Assembly: GCA_964388875.1 (NCBI GenBank)
Contig: CAYMCA010000005.1
Coordinates: 1 to 33,771, forward strand
Direction of reading: 5' to 3'
Source of the DNA: Candidatus Woesearchaeota archaeon
GTDB taxonomy: Archaea; Nanobdellota; Nanobdellia; Pacearchaeales; GW2011-AR1
DNA length: 33,771 nucleotides
Shown here: positions 16,991 through 25,013 of the stretch, one piece after another
Layout of the letters: each line of letters opens with the position of its first letter
Numbering within the stretch: the first letter of the stretch is position 1
Position numbers and translations under genes: made by a program
Notes under the pieces: model-generated
What the model was told of the DNA's origin: nothing
The model's input: the letters and a program-made list of their open reading frames with translations, nothing else
The model's database searches: none

Positions 16991-17869
16991 ATGGATAAGC
17001 CAGACTTCCTCAAGAAGCTTGAAACAGAGCTGAAAATATCCCAGAATTCTGCATACACAATCCGCAATTACATTGATTCAAACAGGGCTATGATTGATTT
17101 TGCAAAAAAAGAGCCCGAGCAGATTGCAGAGGATGATGTCAAGTCATTCATGGCGGAAAAGCTGGCAGGCAAGGCAAGCTCATCTGTGATTTTGTTTTTG
17201 TCTGCGCTGAAATATGCCTATTCAAACATCCTGAAAAAAGACATAACAGCAGGCATAAAAAGGCCCAGAAAGGAAAAGAGGATTCCAAATGTGCTGACAA
17301 AAGAAGAGGTTAAAAAATTGCTTGATGCCTGCAAAAACAAGAAAAGCAGGCTTATGCTCAGCCTCATGTATGCTGCCGGCTTCAGGGTAAGCGAGCTTGT
17401 AAGCCTTAAACACTCTGACTTAAGCTTTGATGAAAAGACAGGGCATATCCGGCAGGCCAAGGGTAAGAAAGACAGGATTTTTAATATCCCCAATTTTTTA
17501 ATGGACTCACTGAAAGAGCAGGCAGAAAGGCAAAAGCAGTCAAGCCAGGAATTTTTATTCTCAGGAAACAAAGGCAGGCTCACAGAAAGGAACATCCAAA
17601 AGATAGTGAAAAATACAGCTAAAAGGGCAGGCATACAAAAGGATGTGCATCCACATACACTTCGCCATTCTTTTGCCACGCATCTTCTTGAATCTGGGAC
17701 AGACATAAGATTTATACAGGCCCTGCTGGGCCACAGCTCAATTTCCACGACAGAGATTTACACACATGTTTCATCAGGGGCGCTTAAGAAGATTGCCTCG
17801 CCGATTGATGCGCTGATGGCTGGAGAGAATTATAATGCAGAAGTTAAAGAGAAAAGAGAGGAATCCTAA
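16991..17869 (+). CDS. xerA: Tyrosine recombinase XerA (archaeal XerC/D homolog)
   Basis: An N-terminal SAM-like core-binding domain is present. The catalytic region carries AAGFRVSEL, HPHTLRHSFATHLLESGTDIRFIQALLGHSSISTTEIYTHV (R..HxxR..H..Y). Confidence 0.9.
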   Translation: MDKPDFLKKLETELKISQNSAYTIRNYIDSNRAMIDFAKKEPEQIAEDDVKSFMAEKLAGKASSSVILFLSALKYAYSNILKKDITAGIKRPRKEKRIPNVLTKEEVKKLLDACKNKKSRLMLSLMYAAGFRVSELVSLKHSDLSFDEKTGHIRQAKGKKDRIFNIPNFLMDSLKEQAERQKQSSQEFLFSGNKGRLTERNIQKIVKNTAKRAGIQKDVHPHTLRHSFATHLLESGTDIRFIQALLGHSSISTTEIYTHVSSGALKKIASPIDALMAGENYNAEVKEKREES

Positions 17870-17946
17870 TTTTATTCTTTTCTATCATCTCTTTTGCACC
17901 TTTGTTAAGCAAGAAAACAGAGAGAAGCAATAGACAATCTCCCTCC

Positions 17947-18726
17947 TTATTTCAACAATTTTTTCACCTCATCATATTGCTTTTTCAAATAATGATACAG
18001 CCTTTCAGCTTCTTCTTTTGTTGCTTTGTTGGCTTCTTCCAGCTTGTTTTTTATTGAAAGATAGGCTTCATAGGCATTATTTGAGCCGGAAATATTCTCT
18101 ATCAGCTTTATGAAACTTTTTTTTGAGTAATCCTGGTTTTTAATTAGCTTTTGTATTATGAATAATGTTCTTATTCTCAGGACTAGTGTATAAATTGCCC
18201 TATTGTCCACTTTTTTCTTTGAATTATTTATTTTTTCTAAAATCTCTTTTATTAACCCTATCTTTTCATCTGTCGTATCTACATGCCATTTTACACTTTT
18301 TTTAGTAACCTTAACCTCTATTGAGCCAAGATAGTCAGAGTTAATCAGGGGTTTTGCCTCTTTTATCATCTGCCCGACAGGAAACAAATCCTTCTTTAAT
18401 TTTTGCTCAAGCAGTTCTTTGGAAACTATTAAAATATTATACATTCCTTCATGAATCATTTCTTTGTCTATGCCGCCAGAAATAATCAAAACATCTATAT
18501 CGCTATCCTTACTTTCTTCCCCCCTCGCATAGCTCCCGACAAGATAAATTCCTATTATTTTTTCCAAATTAATATTCTTTCTTGCAATATTAATAACATC
18601 TAGCAGAATTGTTTCAGCAGTCTTTTTGGCTAATTCCACCCTTACTTCCCGATTAAGCCATGCTCTTGGCAGTATGACTGCAGATGAGTTTCCTGCTTTG
18701 ACTGCTTTTTTAATCTCAATTCCCAT
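17947..18726 (-). CDS. AbrB/SpoVT-like domain fused to a minimal nucleotidyltransferase (MNT) domain plus a helical C-terminal region
   Basis: The N-terminus VKAGNSSAVILPRAWLNREVRVEL is an AbrB/MazE-type swapped hairpin. IYLVGSYARGEESKDSDIDVLII carries the GS-x10-DxD NTase signature. Confidence 0.75.
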   Translation of the reverse strand: MGIEIKKAVKAGNSSAVILPRAWLNREVRVELAKKTAETILLDVINIARKNINLEKIIGIYLVGSYARGEESKDSDIDVLIISGGIDKEMIHEGMYNILIVSKELLEQKLKKDLFPVGQMIKEAKPLINSDYLGSIEVKVTKKSVKWHVDTTDEKIGLIKEILEKINNSKKKVDNRAIYTLVLRIRTLFIIQKLIKNQDYSKKSFIKLIENISGSNNAYEAYLSIKNKLEEANKATKEEAERLYHYLKKQYDEVKKLLK

Positions 18727-18745
18727 TTTAAAACTTCTATCTTAT

Positions 18746-18946
18746 TTATTGATTTTCTTCCAAATATTTTTCATCTTTGTCAATTTGTTTTACAAACTTT
18801 TCATCAATTTCTTTCTGCCAATAGTCCTTTGTTGTGTCTTTTCTTCCTTTTTCATTTTTGATTTTGTCTTCATGCTCTTCTACCTGCTCCTCTACGGCTT
18901 TTATTCTCTTTTTCCTTACTTTCTTCATTCGCTTTCTGTCGCCCAT
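18746..18946 (-). CDS. Small highly charged hypothetical protein (66 aa)
   Basis: ATG-started ORF 20 nt upstream of the AbrB-NTase gene. Its composition is Lys/Glu-rich and I recognise no family. Confidence 0.35.
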   Translation of the reverse strand: MGDRKRMKKVRKKRIKAVEEQVEEHEDKIKNEKGRKDTTKDYWQKEIDEKFVKQIDKDEKYLEENQ

Positions 18947-19072
18947 CTTATCGCCTCGATTATCTATGTTCTTACATGTACTTACATATTTATAAACCTT
19001 TTCATTTTATCCTTTCCATCCCTTATTTTGCAGCCTATAAATCCTTAAAAATAATCTTTTCCATCTTTTGGC

Positions 19073-19651
19073 ATGCCAAAAGAGGTTTTGTATGCTGGCT
19101 TGGACGAATCCAACCATCACAACGGCAATGAGCATCCAGAGGTATGTGTTGCTGTTTTCTCAACAATAAAGGAAGACAGGGAATGCCGCGTGTTCAACAG
19201 CAGCAAGGATTATGCCTGGAAGAATGAGATGCTCAAGGACGCAAGAAGGGATTACAGGTTTCTCCTGCTGAACTGCAATGACATTTATCCAAAAAGGCAC
19301 AATAATCTTCCAATTGTGGCAAAAAGCCTTGTCATGCCTGTTTTGAAATCAGAATCATACAAGTATGAAAGGCTTGAGATATACATAGACGGCGTTGTTA
19401 CGCGGGATGACAAAGACAGAATAATCCAAGGCCTTCCGCTAAATCTTGATGTTTATGTTCAGGGTTTTATCAAATACTTTAAGCAGGATAGAAACCCACG
19501 TGACAGGAAGATTGAAGGCAAGGAAAATTCTAAAAGATTCAAGCAGCCTCCAATCTTGAAGCTCGCAGACATCATAGCGCATGAGCTTTTTTCAAGTTAT
19601 ACGCTAGAAAAGCTGTCGCAGCATGAAAAGAGAGTGCCTTTTTTGCTATAG
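19073..19651 (+). CDS. Hypothetical protein, DUF3800-like
   Basis: The N-terminal YAGLDESNH and C-terminal LKLADIIAHELF resemble the DESG and (L/I)ADxxA motifs of DUF3800. This is pattern recognition only. Confidence 0.5.
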   Translation: MPKEVLYAGLDESNHHNGNEHPEVCVAVFSTIKEDRECRVFNSSKDYAWKNEMLKDARRDYRFLLLNCNDIYPKRHNNLPIVAKSLVMPVLKSESYKYERLEIYIDGVVTRDDKDRIIQGLPLNLDVYVQGFIKYFKQDRNPRDRKIEGKENSKRFKQPPILKLADIIAHELFSSYTLEKLSQHEKRVPFLL

Positions 19652-19654
19652 CTG

Positions 19655-20026
19655 ATGCGAAAACTTAAACATAACCTATTTAAAGAAGAAAGTCTTTATA
19701 CAAATATGGGATTTGACTTTTCAAAACTAAATCCATTCAAAAAGAAAACGCTGGAATCAAGGGCTGCATCTGCCAAAACTCCGCTTGTTATAAGCTATAG
19801 CTGGAATATTGCTGACAAGGAGCACCCGCATTGCGTCCGCGAGTGCGCGCATCTTGAAAAAAATCATGCATTTAAAACACCAAAGGAGCTTGTTATTTAT
19901 GTCCTTCAAAAGTATGGGGGCAGCTTTGAGATAAGTGAGTATGAGCATATCCCCCCTCTTATTATAACAGAATTCCAGTACAAGGCCCTTTTTGATAATT
20001 ACGCTAAGCAGTTCGCAAAGAAATAA
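19655..20026 (+). CDS. Hypothetical protein (123 aa), coupled to 19073..19651
   Basis: Its ATG lies 3 nt after the upstream TAG. I recognise no family. Confidence 0.5.
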   Translation: MRKLKHNLFKEESLYTNMGFDFSKLNPFKKKTLESRAASAKTPLVISYSWNIADKEHPHCVRECAHLEKNHAFKTPKELVIYVLQKYGGSFEISEYEHIPPLIITEFQYKALFDNYAKQFAKK

Positions 20027-20054
20027 CAACCACAAAAACAATAAAATTATGCCC

Positions 20055-20507
20055 TTATCTGTAAGACTTCTGCCTCTTCTTTCTTGCCTTGCCAGAGCTT
20101 GGCTTTCTCATCTCTTTTCTTCTCGTGTCTGCAATAAGCATATTTCTGTCATACTCAAGGAAAGCCTTTCTGAGGGCGTCTGACTTGGTGAACTGGACAA
20201 GCGCCTTGGAAATTGCAAGCCTTGATGCCTCTATCTGGCTCTCAATGCCGCCGCCCCTTACATTTACAGCAATGTCAAAATTAAAGTTTCCAAGCACCTC
20301 TTTGGCAAGCATTACAGGCTCTTCTATCATAAGCATTCTCAGATAGCTCAGGTTCTTGTATGGGCTTTTGTTTATTGTAACAATGCCTGTTCCCAGCTTT
20401 ATTGACGCCCTGGCTATTGCTGTCTTTTTCTTTCCGCTTACGACAATTATGTCCCCGTATTTTACAGCTTTGATTTCAGCCTTCTTTGATTTTTTTGCCT
20501 CTGCCAT
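20055..20507 (-). CDS. rps9: 30S ribosomal protein S9 (uS9)
   Basis: GKKKTAIARA, VRGGGIESQIEASRLAISKAL and the C-terminal ...KKRQKSYR are typical of uS9. Confidence 0.95.
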   Translation of the reverse strand: MAEAKKSKKAEIKAVKYGDIIVVSGKKKTAIARASIKLGTGIVTINKSPYKNLSYLRMLMIEEPVMLAKEVLGNFNFDIAVNVRGGGIESQIEASRLAISKALVQFTKSDALRKAFLEYDRNMLIADTRRKEMRKPSSGKARKKRQKSYR

Positions 20508-20513
20508 TTTGCC

Positions 20514-20966
20514 TTATTTCTCCCACCTTCCTTTCATCATTAAAGCCAGCTCTCCAAGCTTAATATGCTTTCCTATCCTGCCTGCATCAAAAGAGCTCTT
20601 TTTGGCGCCATTAAATTTTTCAGGAATTGTATTATAGCAAACTATTCTTCTTAATGCTGTCTTTCCCCTTTCCTGCCTGTGTGGCAGCATTCCCCTTATC
20701 GCCCTTTTTAAAATTCTCTCAGCAGACGTCGGGAATATGGGCCCCTTTAGGCTTATGCCATGCCTTCTTCTTTTCTGAAGATAGCTCCTGCCAATGCTCT
20801 GCCTTTCTCCGGTAATTACAGCGTTTGCCGAATTTAAGATTATAACACTTCTGCCATTAAGCGCCTGTTTCGCAGCATATGCTGCAAGCCTTCCAACTAC
20901 AGCATTTGTTGCGTCTATGATCAGCTTCATTTCTTCTTTTTCTTTTTCAGATGCCATTTTGCTCAT
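20514..20966 (-). CDS. rpl13: 50S ribosomal protein L13 (uL13)
   Basis: IIDATNAVVGRLAAYAAKQAL.G..V.I and RAIRGMLP are typical of uL13. The start could be ATG 20966, 20957 or the Met before KLIID. Confidence 0.93.
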   Translation of the reverse strand: MSKMASEKEKEEMKLIIDATNAVVGRLAAYAAKQALNGRSVIILNSANAVITGERQSIGRSYLQKRRRHGISLKGPIFPTSAERILKRAIRGMLPHRQERGKTALRRIVCYNTIPEKFNGAKKSSFDAGRIGKHIKLGELALMMKGRWEK

Positions 20967-21330
20967 TTATGATTTTAATCCCCTTTCCAGCGCTGTTCTT
21001 CTCAATCTCTTCCATTATTGTTACTGCCTCGCCTTTGCCCTCTTTTATTTTCTTCAGCGCCCCTTTAGAGAATGAAAATGCGCATATCTTAATCTTTTTT
21101 TCCAGCTCTCCGCCAGAAAGCACCTTTCCCGGCACAACAATAATATCCCCCTCCTTTGCCTTTTTGCCTATTTCGCTCAGGTTTAATGCAGCATGCCTTC
21201 TTCTTGGCGTTGAGAGCATGCCTGCAACAGGGAGCCATGCATCATGCTTTTTTGCAAGAATAATAGTCCTGACTAATTCTGAATTTGTTTTTCTTTTCAG
21301 CTGCCTTTCAATCTGTGTTTTTGACTTCAT
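20947..21330 (-). CDS. rpl18e: 50S ribosomal protein L18e
   Basis: It resembles archaeal L18e (...NLSEIGKKAKEGDIIVVPGKVLSGGELEKKIKICAFSFS...) and sits in the conserved L18e-L13-S9 order. The track start 21339 is TTG, so I use ATG 21330. Confidence 0.9.
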   Translation of the reverse strand: MKSKTQIERQLKRKTNSELVRTIILAKKHDAWLPVAGMLSTPRRRHAALNLSEIGKKAKEGDIIVVPGKVLSGGELEKKIKICAFSFSKGALKKIKEGKGEAVTIMEEIEKNSAGKGIKIINEQNGI

Positions 21331-21457
21331 CTTAATCAATTCATGCAGGTTATAGGAGTTAGAAATATTAAACTCCCGCTATGCGCTTTTAACTCGCAGG
21401 TTAAAGGTTCTTCGCTTTAATGCTTTATAAAGGTTTTTGTTTGTTGTCTGTTTGATT

Positions 21458-21556
21458 TGCTCTTGCTGTGAAGTTCCTTGCCTAACTGAACAATCTTTAT
21501 GTTCTCTTGCTGCGAAAATGGAAACAATATTTATCTGCTCTTGCTGTGAAGTTCCT
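21458..21556. repeat. Perfect 21-bp direct repeat TGCTCTTGCTGTGAAGTTCCT (two copies) with a partial third copy between them
   Basis: Copies lie at 21458-21478 and 21536-21556, with a partial CTCTTGCTGCGAA at 21504-21516. They sit between the tRNA 3' end and the L18e start. Confidence 0.8.
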
Positions 21557-21646
21557 CACAGAGGTTGTGGACTTTCTCGCTATGGCAGATGAATATGCGG
21601 GAGGCGAGCGCATTCATTTTGCTAATATTATCTATCAAGAAATGAA

Positions 21647-21730
21647 TGCGGGAGGTAGGAATCGAACCTACGCAGGCACTAAGCCATTAGCTCCTTAGGC
21701 TAACCCGTTTGGCCGCTCCGGCACCCCCGC
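21647..21730 (-). tRNA. Class II tRNA, tRNA-Leu; by hand fold the anticodon loop reads CUAAGGA (anticodon AAG)
   Basis: Minus-strand sequence: GCGGGGGTGCCGGAGCGGCCAAACGGGTTAGCCTAAGGAGCTAATGGCTTAGTGCCTGCGTAGGTTCGATTCCTACCTCCCGCA. It has a 7-bp acceptor stem with one G-U, U8, A14 and the GG of the D loop. The anticodon stem is TTAGC/GCTAA, the variable arm is long, and the T arm is GTAGG-TTCGATT-CCTAC. The discriminator is A73 and no CCA is encoded. Confidence 0.8.
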
Positions 21731-21879
21731 ATGATAGTTTAAAATGCAGGGGGTTTTAAAACCTGTCGCTGTAATCAGAATTATGGATAATTCTGATGAT
21801 TAGGCTATATTATTTCAGAATTATACAGATAGAAAATTATGCACAAAATGTATCCCAATTAACAGAATTTTCTATATTC

Positions 21880-22641
21880 TTATTTAATCTCTTTGTTAAC
21901 CTGTTCAAGGTTCTTATTCAGCGTTTCTATTGCGCCCTCAAGAATATCCTTTGCATCTATCTGGCCGAAAGACTCTACAAAGAACACAATCTCGCCGGAA
22001 GGGCTGATGTTTATATGCCCCTTGTCATGCTTTTTCTTGCATGCCTCAACGCATGCCTCGCAGGAATCGCATAAATATCTGTCCTCTTCACTGGCAATAA
22101 TCTTCTTGTCTTTTTTGATAACCCTCAGGGGGCATGCCTCAACGCAATCCTCGCACAAATCGCAGTCCTTGCCTATCTCAATTAGCGCCTTGTTTCTGTA
22201 ATACACTAGTCCAGGAGAAAATTTTGCATGCTCTATTCCCTTGCCAAGCCTTGCCTTTGCAACCAGCTCAAGCTCTTTTCCCTCAGTAAGTATAACAATC
22301 GGCATCTTGTCATAGACAACCTCTGCGCCCTTTAAGCCCTTAGAGTAAACAGTGCACGGGCCGACAGCAGAAAGCTTAAGCTGCACAGTGCACTTTCCGC
22401 ACCCTTTGCCCTTGCAGGAGCATTTTTCACTGTCTGCAAGCTTTTCATTTTTCAGGGGAACCAGCCCAATCCTGTGCGCAATTATCTCATCATAAAGGGC
22501 AGAGTCATTCTTAAGAAATTCTATCTCATCCACTGCGAGAATAGGAATCTCGTTCGCGCTCCTTCTTATGGCATTTGCCATGCCTTCGCTTGTCTCTGCT
22601 GAAAAAATTATCTTTTCCTTTGTTTTCTTTATAACTGTCAT
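21880..22641 (-). CDS. rpoD: DNA-directed RNA polymerase subunit D (Rpo3) with ferredoxin-type Cys motifs
   Basis: EGMANAIRRSANEIPILAVDEIEF..N.S.LYDEIIAHRIGLVPL is present. Two CxxCxxCxxxC(P) motifs occur (CDLCEDCVEACP, CDSCEACVEAC), plus CSCKGKGCGKC. It lies downstream of S11. I use ATG 22641 (MTVIKK...) because the longer track ORF overlaps S11. Confidence 0.9.
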   Translation of the reverse strand: MTVIKKTKEKIIFSAETSEGMANAIRRSANEIPILAVDEIEFLKNDSALYDEIIAHRIGLVPLKNEKLADSEKCSCKGKGCGKCTVQLKLSAVGPCTVYSKGLKGAEVVYDKMPIVILTEGKELELVAKARLGKGIEHAKFSPGLVYYRNKALIEIGKDCDLCEDCVEACPLRVIKKDKKIIASEEDRYLCDSCEACVEACKKKHDKGHINISPSGEIVFFVESFGQIDAKDILEGAIETLNKNLEQVNKEIK

Positions 22642-22672
22642 TTTATCTTTTAGATTTTCTTGATTTTTAAAA

Positions 22673-23110
22673 TTATACCCTTCTGCCCCTTCTTCCGCCC
22701 TTTGCCTTTGGCCCGCCCCTTGGCACATTTGTCACATCGCTAATGCTTATTATCTTTATGCCCTCTCTTGACAGGCTTCTTATAGCTGCATGAGCGCCAG
22801 GCCCAGGCGCAATGCTTCCTGTCTGCGCCTTTACCTTGACATACAGCGAAGTCATGCCAATCTCCTTTGCCTTTTCAGCTGCCCTTTTTGCAACAAACAT
22901 TGCCACTGTTGGATTGGCTTTTAGCCTGTCCTGCTTTGTAATCATTCCGCCGGAAAATCTTGAGATAGTATTGCCTGCCATGTCTGTTATGTGCACGATT
23001 GTGTTGTTGAATGAGGTATATATGTGCACAATGCCCTCATGTTCAACAGCATCCCTTTTGCTTTCTCTTATGGATTCTTCCTTCTGCATTAGTTCTTTAT
23101 TCTCTGCCAT
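22673..23110 (-). CDS. rps11: 30S ribosomal protein S11 (uS11)
   Basis: GIVHIYTSFNNTIVHITD and GPGAHAAIRSLSREGIKIISISDVTNVPRGGPKAKGGRRGRRV are typical of uS11. The likely start is ATG 23110 (MAENKE...), preceded by GGAGTGG. Confidence 0.95.
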   Translation of the reverse strand: MAENKELMQKEESIRESKRDAVEHEGIVHIYTSFNNTIVHITDMAGNTISRFSGGMITKQDRLKANPTVAMFVAKRAAEKAKEIGMTSLYVKVKAQTGSIAPGPGAHAAIRSLSREGIKIISISDVTNVPRGGPKAKGGRRGRRV

Positions 23111-23615
23111 TTTCCACTCCTGCGCTTCCGGCTTTATCAGCATTCTCGCTCTTTTCCTTTACTTTTTTGTTTTTTGTTTTTAAGCTTATCTCTTTTTCCT
23201 CATCCAGGCTGACATTGTATGATGGAATATTAACAGCATTCTCCCCTATCAGGACATGCTTGTGCACTATCAGCTGCCTTGCTGAGCTTGGAGACTTGGC
23301 TATATTCTTTCTTACAAGCATTGTCTGCAGCCTCCTGTCAAGTATGCTCTCCTTTCCCAATGCAAGAACATCCTGCAGTTTCTCAGCCTTTAATCCAAGT
23401 TTTTTAAGCTTGCCAATGAATCTCTCCTGCTCTTCAGGGCTTTTGGTTATCAATGCCTTTGCCTGGTCTCTTATCTTGCTTATCCTCGCATCTGCCTTCC
23501 AGACCTCTTTTTTGTTTTTCAGCCCGTATGCCTTCAGAATGCGGTTTTCTTCCTCAACCCTTGCCATTTCATGCAGCTTTCTAGGCCTTGAATATCCCTT
23601 TCTCTTCCTTAACAT
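23097..23615 (-). CDS. rps4: 30S ribosomal protein S4 (uS4)
   Basis: It has an archaeal S4 N-terminal region and an S4 RNA-binding domain (LDRRLQTMLVRKNIAKSPSSARQLIVHKHVLI). It sits in the S13-S4-S11 order. Confidence 0.95.
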   Translation of the reverse strand: MLRKRKGYSRPRKLHEMARVEEENRILKAYGLKNKKEVWKADARISKIRDQAKALITKSPEEQERFIGKLKKLGLKAEKLQDVLALGKESILDRRLQTMLVRKNIAKSPSSARQLIVHKHVLIGENAVNIPSYNVSLDEEKEISLKTKNKKVKEKSENADKAGSAGVENGRE

Positions 23616-23616
23616 C

Positions 23617-24126
23617 TTATTTCTTTGCCTCCTGGATCTTCTTTAGCTTTTTCATCTTCATAATTCCGCCTGTCCTGTTCTTCCTGAAATGGCTTCTTGT
23701 TCTCTGCCCCCTTACAGGCTGCCCTGCAGAATGCCTCAGCCCTTTGTAGCTCTTGATTTTTTTCAGCCTCTTTATGTCAAACTCCTTGGTTAAGTCCAGG
23801 TCAGCGCCTATAACATGCCTTTCAGTGCCAGCCTCAATGTCCTTTCTCCTGTTAAGCATGAAGCTAGGCAGCTTTGGATTTTTTATAAAATCACTTATTC
23901 TCTGAATCTCACCCTCGCTTAGTGCGCCAATCTTCTTGTCTTTTTCAATTTTCAGCGTATAGCATACAGCATTTGACAGCCCCCATGAAATGCCCTTTAT
24001 CCTTGTTAATCCTGAGTAAATGCCCATGTTTCCTGGTATGTCTGTCGAGAGCATTCTTACAATTGCCCTGATTCCCTTTCTTTCTGTTGTCTCTTGCTTT
24101 TCTGTGCTCTTATGCTCTTCTTCCAT
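23617..24126 (-). CDS. rps13: 30S ribosomal protein S13 (uS13)
   Basis: L.TDIPGN..I...LT.IKGIS and GLRHSAGQPVRGQRTRS are typical of uS13. Confidence 0.95.
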   Translation of the reverse strand: MEEEHKSTEKQETTERKGIRAIVRMLSTDIPGNMGIYSGLTRIKGISWGLSNAVCYTLKIEKDKKIGALSEGEIQRISDFIKNPKLPSFMLNRRKDIEAGTERHVIGADLDLTKEFDIKRLKKIKSYKGLRHSAGQPVRGQRTRSHFRKNRTGGIMKMKKLKKIQEAKK

Positions 24127-24128
24127 TT

Positions 24129-24668
24129 TTATTCTACAAACAAATTATGCCTTTCCATTTCTGTCAGCTCCTGAATAATCCTTTTTTCAACTGCCTTTTT
24201 GGCATCAGGCAGGTGAGGCAGCCTTTTCTTTATGTCCTCAAACGAAGAAAATTCTTTTTCCTTTCTTTCGCCAAGCACTTCATTCATGTGCTTTTTGCCA
24301 AATCCCGGAAGCAGTTCAAGCTGGTGAAGCCTTGTATTTATCGCATCTGCCTTGTTGAAAAAATCAACAAACTTCTTTTCATCGTCCTTGACGACTTTTT
24401 CAACAAATTCCCCTATCTGGGATTTTGCAGTCTCTGTAAGCTTTTCGCGGGGCAGCCTGCCAAAAATGTAATATATCTTGTCTCTCTTACCCTCGCCTAT
24501 ATAAACCTTCTCCTTTAGCTGCAAAGAAATTCCCCTTCTCGGAACAAGCTGCAAAAGCGATAAATTTTTCTCCCCTATAGCCTGCGCTATCGGCATCATC
24601 TTCCCCTCTAATGGATAACCGTTTGGCAGGTAATCCAGGATAATTGCGTATTCTTCTTTCTCTCCCAT
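24129..24668 (-). CDS. DUF655-family protein (archaeal HhH-containing RNA/DNA-binding protein found next to rpoF)
   Basis: EEYAIILDYLPNGYP, VDFFNKADAINTRLHQLELLPGFGKKHMNEVLGER and FSSFEDIKKRL match the DUF655 pattern. It also occupies the conserved L21e-RpoF-DUF655 position. Confidence 0.8.
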   Translation of the reverse strand: MGEKEEYAIILDYLPNGYPLEGKMMPIAQAIGEKNLSLLQLVPRRGISLQLKEKVYIGEGKRDKIYYIFGRLPREKLTETAKSQIGEFVEKVVKDDEKKFVDFFNKADAINTRLHQLELLPGFGKKHMNEVLGERKEKEFSSFEDIKKRLPHLPDAKKAVEKRIIQELTEMERHNLFVE

Positions 24669-24673
24669 TTTCC

Positions 24674-24979
24674 TTACCTGTATTTCTTAACAATCTCAAT
24701 AATTTTAGCAGTCTCATTTTCATCCAAGCCCGTATCAATGAATATCTTGTTTATGTCAGACGCGTCCTCTGGCAGAAAATCAATGATTTTTGCAATATTC
24801 TCGGGCTTTAGCTTTATAATGCCTGTCCCTTCAAGCTCTTTCCGCAGCTCTGACGCTTCCTTTGCATCAAGCTTTGTAAACTTCTTTAAAAAGGCCTTCA
24901 GCTCCTTCTTTTCATCTTCAACGCCCTTTATGCTCTCCCTGACTTCTGCCAGGCTCAAAGGTGTTGTATTTTTTATCAT
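24674..24979 (-). CDS. rpoF: DNA-directed RNA polymerase subunit F (Rpo4, Rpb4 homolog)
   Basis: 101 aa. KLKPENIAKIIDFLPEDASDINKIF....ENETAKIIEIVKKYR matches the archaeal RpoF pattern, and it lies immediately downstream of L21e. Confidence 0.7.
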   Translation of the reverse strand: MIKNTTPLSLAEVRESIKGVEDEKKELKAFLKKFTKLDAKEASELRKELEGTGIIKLKPENIAKIIDFLPEDASDINKIFIDTGLDENETAKIIEIVKKYR

Positions 24980-25013
24980 TTTGTTTGTTTTCTGTTTCGG
25001 CTTTTGCCTGTTT

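Noticed and set aside
21880-22641. RpoD carrying two ferredoxin-type CxxCxxCxxxC motifs plus a CxCx4CxxC loop, as a possible novelty
   Set aside because: Fe-S cluster-binding domains in archaeal subunit D and a Zn loop in the eukaryotic homolog Rpb3 are established. The combination is probably a lineage variant rather than a new feature, and it cannot be evaluated without alignments.
23011-23646. Long antisense ORFs inside highly expressed genes, such as 23011..23646 (+), 20951..21355 (+), 17218..17748 (-), 11401..11721 (-), 14112..14495 (+) and 24087..24518 (+)
   Set aside because: These are shadow ORFs opposite confidently identified genes (S4/S13, L18e, XerA, VIT1 and others). Their products are Ser/Leu/Phe-rich and low-complexity, as is typical of antisense frames in AT-rich DNA.
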